A DNA stretch of 64,000 nucleotides from assembly GCA_964016885.1 (NCBI GenBank), contig OZ024743.1:81158001-81222000 (forward strand). The letters are read 5' to 3'. This document shows, one piece after another, positions 1-13,762 of this stretch. Position 1 is the stretch's first letter, and each line of letters starts with the position of its first letter. Source of the DNA: Eledone cirrhosa (taxonomy: Eukaryota). The translations under genes were made by a program, and so were the position numbers. A model generated the notes under the pieces. That model searched no databases, was not told the DNA's origin, and worked only from the letters and a program-made list of their open reading frames with translations.

Positions 1-189
1 AGTTGGCAAAATTACGTTGGACGGACTAATTCTGAAATACAGCTGCATGTAGTGTTGATATGGTACTGGTTGATAGAGAGGGGGAGGAGTGAGTGAGGGA
101 GAGGAGGATGAGGGAGAGAGGGGGAGGGGGTGTAGAGAGAGAGGGTGAGGAGGGAATGAGAGAGAGAGGTGAGGAGGAGAGAGAGTGTG

Positions 190-500
190 ACCGTGGTTTA
201 GTGGTGAAAGTGTTCAGCTCTCGAAAGTTTGTTCTCACGATTCCATGAGTCACCTTGTGTCCTTGAGCAAGGAACTTTATTTATTTCCTATTTTTCCAAT
301 TCATTCGACCGAGAAAAAAGACATTTTTATCTGTAATTCAAAAGATCAGCGTTGCCACAATCTGTCGCATGCTGAATCTCCCTGCAGACTTCGTTAACGA
401 TACACGTGTCTGTGGAATGCTGAAACACTTGCATGTTAATTTCACGTGCGGGATGTTCCGTTGATCAAGTAACTAGACTAGAGCTCCCTCTGGTGGCTAT
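190..500 (+). mobile_element. tRNA-derived CORE-type SINE (family A)
   Basis: tRNA-like head (GTGGTTTAGTGG...TCACGATTCC), CORE-like TGTGTCCTTGAGCAAGGAACTTTA, body shared with copies at 1485, 3050, 11500 and 44515. Confidence 0.7.
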
Positions 501-570
501 ATGTAGTTAATATTAACAATGGTTCTATAACTCGTGTCACCAGCATGGCGGTGACATCTGACAAAATCAA

Positions 571-1003
571 AGACAGACAGACAGACAGACAGATAGATAG
601 ACATACAGACAGATAGATAGACATACAGACAGATAGATAGACATACAGACAGATAGACAGACATACAGACAGATAGACAGACAGATAGATAGACATACAG
701 ACAGATAGACAGACATACAGACAGATAGATAGACATACAGACAGATAGACAGACATACAGACAGATAGATAGACATACAGACAGATAGACAGACATACAG
801 ACAGATAGATAGACATACAGACAGATAGACAGACAGACAGATAGATAGATAGACATACAGACAGACATACAGACCGATAGACATACAGATAGATAGACAG
901 ACAGACAGACAGACAGGCAGACAGACAGACAGACAGACAGACAGATAGACAGACAGACATACATACATACAGGCACACAGACAGGCACACAGAGAGACAG
1001 TCA

Positions 1004-1072
<69 letters not shown>

Positions 1073-1215
1073 CGTACAGACACACAGAGACAGACAGGTC
1101 GACACACACATACACACACAGATATACAGCCAGACATACATGAAGACAGACTGACAGACTGACACACGCACACATAGAAACGGACAGACACACACAGCCT
1201 GGGAGACTGACAGAC
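571..1215. repeat. Compound (GACA/GATA)n, (TA)n, (GA)n microsatellite
   Basis: Directly visible. Confidence 0.95.
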
Positions 1216-1484
1216 ATTGACATAAGGATTCAATATTAACATTGGAATAACAATGTCTCGTTCGTCAACATAAGTCTGTCAAAGTGATAGCCACAAACGG
1301 CTCTCACTTTTATTATCCACCATCTGTGATGTCCAATGTGAAGATTTTGGTAAATAATTCCCTGGAGGAATGGAGTTCCCATATTCTGTTTACTGCCAGT
1401 CAATCCTTTCTGTATACCTCACATTTAATTCTTCCTCCCTATAAAATAAATAATTAATTCTTTAATTATATGAGGAATCGAGAA

Positions 1485-1730
1485 GACACATGGCTGAATG
1501 GTTATGGTACCCAGGTAACAAACATAAGTTCGCGAGTTCGATTTCAGGCGGCATGTTGTGTCCTTGAGCAATACACTTTATTCCATGTGGCTTCAGCTCA
1601 ATCAGCGGGCAAAAATGTGTTGAACCCCTAATTCAAAGTATCAGATTTGTGACACTCCCTGTCACGTTGAATATCTTTTAGAACTACGTTAAGGTTACAC
1701 GTGGCTGTGGAATTCTCAGCCACTTGCACT
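1485..1730 (+). mobile_element. SINE family A copy
   Basis: TGGCTGAATGG A-box-like, GAGTTCGATTTC B-box-like, TGTGTCCTTGAGCAATACACTTTA core. Confidence 0.75.
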
Positions 1731-1786
1731 ATTATGTTGTCTGATTTAGACACAAGACAAAACATTACATATATATGTATATATAT

Positions 1787-1920
1787 TCAGGAACAAGCTG
1801 TTGAAACGGCTAGAGCTCAGCCGTGCAGCCCTGACTGTTTCTAATAGTCACACTCTACTATACCAAGTATAGTACTCTGTTGAAAAATGGTTTAACTTGT
1901 TTAAGACTGGTTTACTTCTG
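1787..1920 (+). mobile_element. Remnant of a short hammerhead-type element between (TA)n tracts
   Basis: GAAA-CGGCT...AGCCG stem III-like half; tail ACTCTACTATACCAAGTATAGTACTCTG resembles the tail of the 24367-24566 element. Confidence 0.4.
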
Positions 1921-1951
<31 letters not shown>

Positions 1952-1952
1952 C

Positions 1953-2022
<70 letters not shown>

Positions 2023-2894
2023 TTACTATTGTTGTTATGTTATTATAACTACAATTACCTTAACTTACTAGTGAAAGTTGTTGATGTCAACATCTTGAAA
2101 TCTAAACTAGGGGCGGGAAATTGCTTTGTTGGTAAAAATGAATTTTTACCATTTCGTTGTATAAACTAATCATGACTGAAAATACTCTAAACTAAAAACT
2201 CTATTTTGTTTCCTCCTATGTAGAACAAGGTTTTCCTTTAAATCGTTTTCATATTACTATTTCTGATAGAAGTCCACAATAGCCGATTATCGATTCATTT
2301 CGCCTTCAGCTGCTCTGTCTAAACATTTATTCTAAATATTATCACAGCAAGATTCGAAAATCACCATAAAATGATTGAACAATGGAGACGATGTAGAGAA
2401 ATATCTTATTTTATGAACATTATCAACTTTGTTATTATCTGTGAGGATATGTCATTATTGTTGTTTATCCCCAGGCCAACACTGATTGAATCGAGTAAAA
2501 CCTGTGATTAAAACGTTCGAGCCATGATGAATCCGTCAATAAGTATTAAACATAGTATACCTAATATAATATTTCATCCTATATAATATTTCTCTTATCA
2601 AGCTTTGGAGATTTAGCTGTTAGTTTCAGCATTTCGACCATCCAACTACATTAACATATATATATAACATTTGGAGAAATGTTAGCTGTTATTTCTGGCA
2701 GGTTGAACATCCAACTACGTTATTCTCTGTATCCTTCATTGGTTAAAAGTTGGGAGGGATTTAGCTGCTATTTTAGCAAGTTCAGTATCCAAAACATAGA
2801 ATCTTACTTGGTGGTACTTCAAGAGTTTTTGGTTTACCTACCAGAAGTCCACAGGGAATTTGAGGTCCACTTGAGGTCTACATGACAAACAATG

Positions 2895-3270
2895 TCAGTT
2901 GAAGCGTCTTGCTCAGGAAGACAACGCGTCAACTGCCACCGGAGTCGAACCCACGACTTTACGACCACAAGCCCAAAGCCCTAATCACGAGATCATGTAC
3001 CTTGAAGATATATTTTGGTTTTGCGGGGTTATTATTGGACTTCCGTCTGATTCGACGATGAGTGTTTCAGTTGATTGATCAACGGAACAGCCCCTTTCGT
3101 GATATCACAGTTCAAATACTGAGTATTCTACAGACACGTGTACACTTACCTTAGTTCTCGTAGTGATTTAGTGTGACACAGTGTGTGACAAGGCTGACCC
3201 GTTGAATAACATATACAACACATTTTGTTCCAGCTTCATGGACAGATGAAACGTAGACAATAAAGTATCC
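2895..3270 (-). mobile_element. SINE family A fragments (head 2895-3000, body 3050-3270)
   Basis: Reverse complement of the family A head, core and body. Confidence 0.7.
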
Positions 3271-3452
3271 GGTTGATCCAGGAATCTAACAGCCTTCAAG
3301 ATAACTTTTAGTTTGGTGCATTATTTTGTATTGTGAGACGAATGTCCCATATAGAAGTAGGGAGAGTTAGATATCCACTATAATCTCTACTCAGTCTTTC
3401 CTAAGATAATAGAATATGGCTACAATTTATTGGTATCCTCGTCTGCTTTTAC

Positions 3453-3562
3453 CTTGTGGGACTTCCGGTATGATAGATGGTGAGTGTGGAAGGTAGAGCT
3501 TCCAGTACCTAGTCTCTCTACTTCCCTGTTCCGTATATCCGTTCTAGCTTTTTGGGTCATTG
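3453..3562 (-). other. Possible isolated coding exon of an unknown host gene
   Basis: Non-repetitive 110 bp with acceptor tcttcttatag| and donor AAG|gtaaaa; one open frame (MTQKARTDIRNREVERLGTGSSTFHTHHLSYRKSHK); no recognisable domain. Confidence 0.2.
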
Positions 3563-3649
3563 CTATAAGAAGATTTTGCACACACACACACACACACACA
3601 TACTCACACACATAAACACACACACACACACACATACATATATACATAA

Positions 3650-3734
<85 letters not shown>

Positions 3735-4140
3735 GGGGTGTAATTTAAAATAATTTTCTGAAGAGGAATGGAAGTAAAGAATCGGGAATCTATATTCCTT
3801 GTGATTTCAAACTAATTAAACGGTTTTAGTCCCGAAGAAGTCATTTTTATATAAAATACACTAAGAAGGAATATTAATAGTTTTAAAACATGAAATAGAC
3901 TTACGAATGTTTTGCGAGACTAACTAGGAATGAAATAAAGTTCATAGTTGGGAGAATATCTCATTAGAGTCAAATTAAATACAAATAATTTACTTGGGAG
4001 AAATGTTCTGACTTCGTATACGAAGTGTAAATATATGTGTCTATGTATATATATATATATATATCCATAAACACACACACACGCACAGACACACATACAC
4101 GCACACACTCACTTACATACATATATATATCATGTTGCAT

Positions 4141-4348
4141 ATAGAAATGGCTTCTACAGGACTAGAACTGTTTCATTCGGTAGAAATCATCAGGAAGCCA
4201 GGTGAAATCATCAGGCTTCCTGATGATTTCTACCGAATCAAATAGTTCTAGTCCTGTAGAAGCCATTCTATATTAAATATTCATACTCTGCTTTGTATTC
4301 AGTACCTTACTTACTGTGGTTACCCCCGATTGAACCCGGGATAAACTT
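4141..4348 (+). mobile_element. Short hammerhead element (family H1): 5' inverted copy plus sense copy ending at (TA)n
   Basis: 4141-4199 is the reverse complement of 4214-4272; same family at 27172-27305 and 35206-35340. Confidence 0.85.
4149..4199 (-). ncRNA. Type I hammerhead ribozyme, intact core
   Basis: Minus strand: GGCTTC-CTGATGA-tttc tacc gaat-GAAA-CAG ttctagtc CTG-TA-GAAGCC; the + copy at 4214-4264 has GAAA mutated to CAAA. Confidence 0.85.
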
Positions 4349-4854
4349 ATATATATATATATATATATGTGCCCGCGCATGTGTGTGTGTGTGTATGTGA
4401 CAAAGAGAGATCTGTGAATATTATGCACAGACCAATCTATCTGAAAAGTGTCCATACAATTTCCATACACCCAATATTCATCACACAGCTCCATTAGAAT
4501 CATGGTCAATGATACACAGTCTGATCGAACAAGAGATCCTATGATTGAGAAATAAAATTTCTTAATCATAATTATAATTGTTAAAAAAAATTAATCATTT
4601 TTACATCGCTTCATCCAAATTTAGAAATTAGGTCGAAATTGAAAATGGAGATTTTCTCATAATTTTATCGATAATATTTCCATTCACCTCTCAAACTCTA
4701 CATTAAATATTTCAGTTAATGTTCAATGAAAAAAATGAAATTTACTTCATGAAAATATACAAGGAATTTAGATGTAAATATTTTACATCTGAAACATTGG
4801 AAATATTGAAAGCTTTTAGTTTTTAGTCATTATAAATGTATTTATTAAAACTCG

Positions 4855-4972
<118 letters not shown>

Positions 4973-5289
4973 TGTATGTATGTATGTATGTATGTATGTA
5001 TGTATACATGTATATATATTTATATTCAGTATGTATGTATGCATGTATGTAAGTATGTATGTGTGTATGTATGTATGTATGCGTGTATAAGTGCGTGTAA
5101 CGCATGATTTTACTTTTAAGCGAACCAACCATAATCCCTTTCTAGAAATTTCTGAAATACTATTTAGCGACGTGTCAATATAGATATATTCAACTCCTCA
5201 CACTTGGCATTTGTTTCAATCCCATGTCAAAGCACCTGGATGACATATGTACATATTGAAATACACATATATGCTGTGGTAGTGAACTT

Positions 5290-6150
5290 GAAATCAAAGG
5301 GTTTACAAAAAGAAAACAGTGAAGACAACACGGCACGAGACTGTATAATATCGGTTATTTCGGGTAAAAAAAGATAACAGTAAAACAGATAAAAAATCAA
5401 ACAGAAGAAAATTCCGCAATACGGGAGCAACTTCCGGGGTAACTCGTAGAGAAAGCTCCCAGAATGTCATGGTAAATCTAACCGCTAGGGCAAGAGTCCC
5501 CTCCCAGTTGTCTGCCTCCCACCGGCAGAGCCAAACACAGACCAGTGACATCCACTCTGACCTCGTCAATATCATACACCTTTCAACAAACTGGTTCGAA
5601 GGAAGCACTTTCCGCTTCACCACGATTTTCCTATTCAAGTGAAACCGGAAAATTTAATCAGGAATTCACCGAGGATAACATTCCTTATTTTCAAACCTTT
5701 CAACGCGTCCACCACCAGATCCCTTACAACATGACCACCAGACAGATAAAAGCAGCCTGCCTTTCCAAGCTAATGATAGGTGGTGGGATGATCTTCAGGA
5801 TGGACTCAGCTGGTAGCTGGATCTGTCCAACACGTGTCCATGATCCTCGGCCGTAAACAAGTGTTGTCAGTCCTACTGCACGGTAAACTCTAACTTTATT
5901 TTTCAGTGATATACTTCAAACACCTCATAGTAAATGATGTAGTTTGCCAAAAACATCAGTTGCTTTGTTGATGCGCCTGACGATCTCGTTGTTCAGGGAT
6001 GCAGAGGGCTCCACCTTACTGCCAAGGTAGGTAAAATAGTTCACATACTTCAGATCCAACCCATCATCTGCGTTAGTAAGATGGAGTTGTCCATGCCTTG
6101 TCTGTCCCTACTTATCGTCGTTTACTGGTTGGTAGAGGAGGGCTCTTTGA
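5290..6150 (-). pseudogene. RTE-like LINE 3' fragment (RT C-terminal part)
   Basis: Minus strand reads LKYVNYFTYLGSKV...NEIVRRINKA and RAVGLTTLVYG...SWT, typical post-RT motifs, with frameshifts. Confidence 0.65.
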
Positions 6151-6399
6151 TTCATGAACAAACCCAGTTTTCTTAATGCGACCCTTAATTCTTAAGGGAA
6201 TTCACACAGTGGTTCCAACGTTTTTTTCCACGGAAGACATGTTATGTGTGAATCTCTTTAGCTCATAGGTTACAATCTTTCATATGTTTTCCACAGTCCC
6301 AAAACAATGACGCTTTAAGTTCGATTTCAAATTAGAAAAGAAATAGAAAGCCCACGAATCTAGAACTAGTTGGTATGGTGAATGTGGAAGAGTGGGAAT

Positions 6400-7355
6400 G
6401 TGTTTCTTAACGAGAAATTATTTAATTAAAAGTGCAGTATCCAATCTCCTTCTATGTACTTTCGGACTCACTGGATATGTTTTCGAAGTCGTTCCAAGAC
6501 ATCTTTTAGAAGGTGCGATTAATTGTCTGTCCTGGAGACGAGAACTCTTTGTGACAATCACATGGCTGTCGAAAAAAATGATAATTATCATTTTGACTTT
6601 GGATCGGCTCATGTGTGCTTTCTTCAGCCAAAGAAAATTTTTAGTATGCCTCGCATGACTTTTCTGTTTTGTCTCTCGATCGTATTGGAACACGTATGAT
6701 TCATCTCCTGTTATTAGTTTATCCAAGAAATTTGGCTTCATTTCGAATCTTTCTAGCAAATCCTGACAAATTTCTAGCCGGTTCGCTTTTTGCTCCACAG
6801 AAAAATGAGCACGAGTTTTGCACTGATTCTTTGCGTGTGCAAATCATATTAAAATTCAGTGAACTGCATTTTTATCCAAATCCGTTTCTTCTGTAATAAT
6901 TCAAACACATAACTGGTGATGTTTCGCGATAACCACTCGTATCACTTCCACATGTTCTTCAATTGTTGACGAGATTGGTCTTTCAGAACAAGATACGTTT
7001 TCAACATATTCTCGGCACACTTTAAAAGATTTGTACCACATAAAAACCTTACTTCAGGAGAGGGTGACATCTCTATAAATCGGTGTTAAACATTTAATTG
7101 TTTCGGGGGCAGATTTGTTGAGTTTCATACAAACTTTATCGCGTGTCTTTGTTCAATACTTTCCTGCATTGCAAAGGTAAAAAAACGTCTGTACATAAAT
7201 GGCAATAACTCACGACTGGCTCAATCGATCAAGTTGGAAGAAGTATTTATGTTCAGCCAAAGTCATAACCAACACGCATATATACCTCAACGAGGTGCTC
7301 TATTACCATGTCGTACGTTGGAAAACCAGTTATTTTATATTTCAGACAAACCTCG
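6400..7355 (-). mobile_element. Decayed mariner transposon
   Basis: N-terminal IEQRHAIKF..KLNKSA..ETI (~7160), EQKANRLEICQDLL...LITGDESYVFQYDRETKQKS, SKVKMIIIIFFD; TIR-like CGAGGTTTGTCTGAAA at ~7355. Confidence 0.85.
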
Positions 7356-7383
7356 AAAATATATATATATATATATATGTGTT

Positions 7384-7416
<33 letters not shown>

Positions 7417-7795
7417 GAGTGTGTGTGTGTGGATCTGTCTTTGTGTCTGTGTCTGTGTATATACACATACAATAACAAACGCACAACACACAGAAGCACA
7501 CACACACACTCATATACCTAAATAAATGTGTACAATAATTTACATGTATGTGTAATAAGGAGGTGGCCATTATACAGTTTTTTCTGTTCTTAATTCAATA
7601 CATATAAAGAACATTTACAAATGAATCATTATGCTCGGCGTTGGGCTTGTCCCTCCCTTCAAGAAATATCTGCTATACTCCATCACCGCCCCGTTATTAG
7701 ATATTTTTGTATCTTTTCTTTTGGCTGGCAATATTAATGAATATCGTAACGTGTTCAAGAAAAAGTTTAGAGAAATATATAAAGGAATATATATA

Positions 7796-7844
<49 letters not shown>

Positions 7845-7930
7845 TTTATGTCTAAAAATATAATAAAATAGATATAAACACATCCAGAAAGGAAAATTTA
7901 TGAGACACACACACACACACACACACACAC

Positions 7931-7985
<55 letters not shown>

Positions 7986-8343
7986 AAACACACACACATA
8001 CACACACACACACACACACACATACACACACACATATATATATGTATGTATGTATATATTCCTGTATGTGTATGTATAAAAATAATTAAATAAATCTTGA
8101 CGTAAATATTAAATATAAATATAAATAAATGGATGAAATAAAGTGAATTAAAGAAATATATACATAATCATTAAATATATATACACAATTATAATATATA
8201 TATAATTATTAAATATATATACATATATACATAACTATTATTTTATATACATTATACATAATTATTAAATGTTTAAAAAGGAATTAAGAAACAAAAAATC
8301 ATAATAAACAAATTAAAGAAAAGAATATAATTATATATACATG

Positions 8344-8397
<54 letters not shown>

Positions 8398-8527
8398 TCT
8401 CTTTCTCTCTCTCTCTTTATATATATATATGTGTGTGTGTGAAAGTGTGTGTAATGTAAGAGACGCGGAAATAAGGGGTAAGAAAATAGGACGTAATGTA
8501 GAAAAGGAAAAACTGAGAGTACAAAGA

Positions 8528-8592
<65 letters not shown>

Positions 8593-8699
8593 TGAGAGTG
8601 GAAGGGAGAAGGGGATGTCGGAAATAACTGTTTTATCGAAGTAGATTCCAACGAACGGAGATGACCAACAACTAAATTTATTGCTACAGTGCTGAATAG

Positions 8700-8798
<99 letters not shown>

Positions 8799-8896
8799 TA
8801 TATATATATATATATATATATATCAAATGTCCAAAATGGCTGACTGAATACGCATGTGTGTCTTCTTTTTTCACCTTTTATGTTTTATTCCTAATC

Positions 8897-8940
8897 CTAG
8901 CTTCTGGTGATGGAATAGCCTCCGAAACGTTAAGACACTT
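8897..8940 (+). ncRNA. Degenerate hammerhead-like motif
   Basis: CTT-CTGGTGA-tGGA atagcc TCC-GAAA-CGT-TA-AG; one core substitution. Confidence 0.5.
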
Positions 8941-9169
8941 GACCAGCTATTTCAAACGTTAAACTAATATATTTCTTCAATGAACTGTGTTGTTTGCCTA
9001 TTTATTTCTATTTACCTTTTACACACCCACATCCACACACACACTCCCACACACACACACATACGGATCACTTTTCAATTGAAATCAGTATGGATAGCTT
9101 GTATTTTGTAGTACTTAAAAGACATTCCTACTGATGAGAACTAACTCGTTAATTGACGAGTTGGATGTG

Positions 9170-9476
9170 TAGTTGGTCAAACAATTGAATGTCCATGTAG
9201 TTGGTCAAACAATTGAATGTATATGTAGTTGGTCAAACAATTGAATGTCCATGTAGTTGATCAAACAATTGAATGTATATGTAGTTGGTCAAACAATTGA
9301 ATGTCCATGTAGTTGATCAAACAATTGAATGTCCATGCAGTTGGTCAAACAATTGAATGTCCATGTAGTTGGTCAAACAATTGAATGTCCATGTAGTTGA
9401 TCAAACAATTGAATGTCCATGTAGTTGGTCAAACAATTGAATGTTCATGTAGTTGGTCAAACAATTGAATGTCCAT
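9170..9476. repeat. 28-bp minisatellite TAGTTGGTCAAACAATTGAATGTCCATG, about 11 copies
   Basis: Direct tandem repeat. Confidence 0.95.
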
Positions 9477-9599
9477 CCTCTAAACTGACGGAGATCCATC
9501 ATTACCAATACTTATGTTACCAACATCTGAAATGATGAACGGCAAAGTGGATACGGTCTGGAAATGAACTTGAAAGCTAATAATAAATCACGTCCAAAC

Positions 9600-9960
9600 A
9601 CCACAAGGTATTTTGTCCCCTACTTTACATATTCTCTCATCTACCACAAGGTATTTTGTCCCCTACTTTACAGATTCTCTCATCTACCACAAGGTATTTT
9701 GTCCCCTACTTTACAGATTCTCTCATCTGCCACAAGGTATTTTGTCCCCTACTTTACAGATTCTCTCATCTACCACAAGGTATTTTGTCCCTTACTTTAC
9801 AGATTCTCTTATCTACCACAAGGTATTGTGTCCCCTACTTTAAAGATTCTCTCATCTACCACAAGGTATTTTGTCCCCTACTTTACAGATTCTCTCATCT
9901 ACCACAAGGTATTTTGTCCCCTACTTTACAGATTCTCTCATCTATCACAAGGTATTTGCT
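9600..9960. repeat. 43-bp minisatellite ACCACAAGGTATTTTGTCCCCTACTTTACAGATTCTCTCATCT, about 8 copies
   Basis: Direct tandem repeat; ORF starts offset by 43. Confidence 0.95.
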
Positions 9961-10176
9961 CCCCTACCTCTCATATGCCACTGTTTGTTACATCTTATTA
10001 TGAATACTTCTATTATGTTGGTAGAAGACCAAACTTTTTGATTAGAATTAGAAATATTCTACAAATTGCCACCATACTCAATCAATTGGTTACTCCTTCA
10101 TTACGTTTATTAGTTTGTGACGCGCGTTTCGCCACCGATCATCTCAAGGGATATATATATATATATATATATATGG

Positions 10177-10660
10177 ACCCTTAGCTGTTGATGGAGTCGT
10201 AGGGATGTCATCATGTTATAGTCTAAATGGTATCTTAGTATGCATATATCAACCCTTAGCGCCTGGTAGAGTCGTAAGGACTCCATCATGTTATAGTGTA
10301 GACGTATTTTAGTATGATGTCACTTACACTCGCCTGCTTCAACGCATTCAGAACATAAGTTGGTGACTCTGACTTGAGAGAGATTAATGGCGGCCTCCTA
10401 CCCATGTCTGTAAAAGGAGAGTAAGGTTTGCTGGCCACTGCCATTGTGCAACCTATGAGGCTGTGTCCCCATTAGTGCTTTGGAAACCACAAGCAGTCAA
10501 TAATAACTGGGGGCACAAGGTCTCCTATCCCGATGTCATCTCCAGAGATTCTGGTATTGAAATCCAGGATTTGGCAACGTCAATGAACGACAGACCCACG
10601 TGGAGATCAATTGTTGCATCCATTTCGGCTGAGGCCGCTGGATGATGATGATGATGATGA

Positions 10661-10694
<34 letters not shown>

Positions 10695-10815
10695 CGTTTC
10701 TGAATTTGCAACTTGACCCTTCCAAAGCATAACAATATATATATATATATATAAGTAAAAAACATTAAGCAAAAACAATAACAAAGAGTGCAGTACGAAC
10801 AGTGTTGGTATTAGG

Positions 10816-10913
<98 letters not shown>

Positions 10914-11004
10914 CTTCGCATCTGATATAGTCGTAGAGGCGTCACCATCATATAAACTGGCTCATGAAATAATTTACTGTCTTATGATGTAGACGCTGTC
11001 TTAG

Positions 11005-11051
<47 letters not shown>

Positions 11052-11200
11052 CCTTAGCTCCTGATGGAGTCGCAGGGACGCTATCATGTTACAAAATGTG
11101 TCATGGAATAATTTGCTGTTATAGAGTAGACAGTATCTTAGTATGTATATATAGACCCTTAGCTTTTGATGGAGTCGTAGGGACGCTATCATGATATAAG
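10177..11200 (+). repeat. Local repeat GACCCTTAGC..TGATGGAGTCGTAGGG, 5 diverged copies separated by TA/GA tracts and insertions
   Basis: Copies near 10177, 10252, 10910, 11049 and 11154. Confidence 0.7.
10340..10663 (+). pseudogene. RTE-like LINE extreme 3' end with (GAT)n tail
   Basis: RFAGHC..., LVLWKP...SYPDVISRDSG...MNDRPTWRSIV then (GAT)n. Confidence 0.7.
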
Positions 11201-11399
11201 GCGTGTGAAGGACATTTTAAACGTGGGGGAGCCTATCTCCTCTCCAGAGAAAGTGAGAAAGCCAGAGATATAGAGGAAGACTCAACCTCAGTACTGCTAT
11301 ATTTTCACAGACCTAGAAAGGATAAAAGGCACCTACTTTATTATATCACTGGACTGAATAATAGTTCAGTGTGTATACACATGTAACAAACATTGGACC

Positions 11400-12235
11400 T
11401 CCATCGGTTACGACGAAGAGTGTTACAGTTGTTCAAACGACTGAACAGCTTTATCTTGGTGGGATTTACACACGGTAAAGAGTAAGCCGGATTAGAGGAC
11501 GAAGCACCTTTAATCCAACACCCAACGATTTTGACAGATTTCCACGGAAACCTGTACATGTATCATAGTTCTGAGAATATATAGAGTGGCACAGTGTGGA
11601 GCAAGACGGCGTGGCACAGTGTGGGGCAAGGCAGCGCGGCAGAGTGTGACACAACACTCTGTGTAACACAGTGTGGAACAAGACTAAGGGTGGCAAGTGT
11701 GACACAGCGTGGCACACAACTCTGTGTGACACAATATAGAACATGACACAATGTGGCACAGTGTGGCACAGTGTGACACAGTGTGACACAGTGTGGCACA
11801 CGACTCTGTGTGGCACAATATAGAACATGACACCGTATGGAACAGCGTTGCACACAACTATGTGTAACACAATATAGAACATGACACAGTGTGGCACAGT
11901 GTGGCACATGACACAGTGTGGAACATGAGACAGTATGACACAGTGTGACACAGCGTTGCACACAGCTTTGTGTGACACAATATAGAACATGACACAGTAT
12001 GGCACACGACACTGTGTGACACAATATAGAACAAGACACAGTGTGGCACACGACACTGTGTAACATAACCTAGAACAAGACTCACCATTTGAATTAGTAT
12101 TATGGAGCAACTTGGAGCAACTTAGTATTATGGAGCAACTTTGATTAAAGTGTCTTGCTCAAGGAAATCACCTCTGATTCCTGGAATCAAACGCAAATCA
12201 TCACGATATGATAAACATCCTAACCATCAGACCAT
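11400..12235 (-). mobile_element. SINE family A copy with an internal ~500-bp degenerate GTGTG(G/A)CACA expansion
   Basis: SINE body before 11590; AAAGTGTCTTGCTCAAGG core at ~12147; the expansion replaces the GTGACACAGTGTGTGACAA segment. Confidence 0.65.
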
Positions 12236-12361
12236 GTCACACCTTTGTAAGGGGTAACAAGGGCCCTTAACTTCTGGCGGGATCATGTGGGGAGTATTTT
12301 AAAACTTGGTAAAGTCTCGACTTCTCTTTGTCAGAACACATAAAGAGAGAAATAGAGAACG

Positions 12362-12403
<42 letters not shown>

Positions 12404-12422
12404 AGAGAGAGAGAGAGAGAGA

Positions 12423-12560
12423 ACTGGTTCCAATACTGGACTTCATTTATCCACCTCTAAAAGATAAAAGACAAAATTATCTCGGTGGGATTTGAAACCG
12501 GAATACAGTGAGTTGGAACAAACCGTTGTCTTAACGACTTCGTCCAATCGTTTCCTTGGC
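12423..12560 (-). mobile_element. SINE family B copy
   Basis: Diverged reverse complement of GTTCAAATCCCGCCGAGGTTAACTTTGCCTTTCATCC... Confidence 0.55.
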
Positions 12561-12589
12561 TTTGGAAGTAATAGTAATAAAGGGCTTGG

Positions 12590-13200
12590 AAAGAATAGAA
12601 CTGCAGACTTTTGTATACTAAAGCCGTTGCAATATCTAGTTCACAACTTTCAGTTCCGTATAGAAATGTTTCTACCATTGATTTTTGAATTCATTCTGGC
12701 TATTCCAATAAGTACCATTACATCTCATTGCGTCTTTCTTTTCTAATACTTTCTATCTAATTTTGGAGTGCAATGTAGTATAGCCGCAGGCAAGATCTTG
12801 GTGAATTGTGTCTACTTTCCAATTTTAGATATTGTTGAAGCCATTTCGTAGAATTCCATTGATGCTCTTGGGAGTATCAGGAATATCTCATTATACCTTC
12901 GACTGATAAAACTAAATAACCTTGTGCCAAGTTCCAACATAACCAATATATTATTTTCATGGTATATTTTTTAACGATAAGAGCTCGTGTATAATTCGGG
13001 CAATGAGGCTCTTTTTTAATGATATGGCAGTTATTACTGATTTCAAACATAACATCATCAACACACACAACAATTACTATTAGAAATTTAAAGTTAAATT
13101 TCAGAAAAATTTTATTTTGATAATATATATTGATGGAAGTGAATAACTATCAGTTATAGTCATCGTCTGCCAGAATCAATAGACAGAATTTTTCCATTAT
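12590..13200 (-). pseudogene. Highly decayed LINE reverse transcriptase fragment
   Basis: Minus strand ILADD at ~13165 and VETFLYGTES at ~12650-12678. Confidence 0.5.
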
Positions 13201-13534
13201 AAATTCAAAATATTAAAAATTATTAACATACGTATGGTCGTTTTTGTCTCCTAGCGAATTGTGAAGCTCTTAAAGAAGTTAAAATCTATATATTGAGGTT
13301 ATAGAAGTTGTGAGACTTTTCATTAGTTGTGCACAGGCATTCATTTTTTTTCTCATCTATTTTTTGATGTGATGTTTATCTGTGCTAGATAACTAACTCC
13401 TACAACAGAGGACATGTTATTTTATTCAATGTCTCAGAAAATAATATCCGGTCTTTTCTACTTGCATCTTATTGGCAATTTTCATTGCGATATTCAAGCA
13501 GCATTCATTATTTTTATCTATCTCACTCTGTCTA

Positions 13535-13574
<40 letters not shown>

Positions 13575-13580
13575 TGTATA

Positions 13581-13667
<87 letters not shown>

Positions 13668-13722
13668 ATATATGCGTAAATATACATATATATCTATATT
13701 TATATACATACATATATATATG

Positions 13723-13762
<40 letters not shown>

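Noticed and set aside
1485-1560. tRNA genes (also at other SINE heads)
   Set aside because: A/B-box-like motifs continue into SINE bodies; no cloverleaf
9170-9960. CRISPR-like arrays (also considered for 44545-46286 and the 42-bp array)
   Set aside because: Head-to-tail repeats with no unique spacers, no cas genes, and a eukaryotic context
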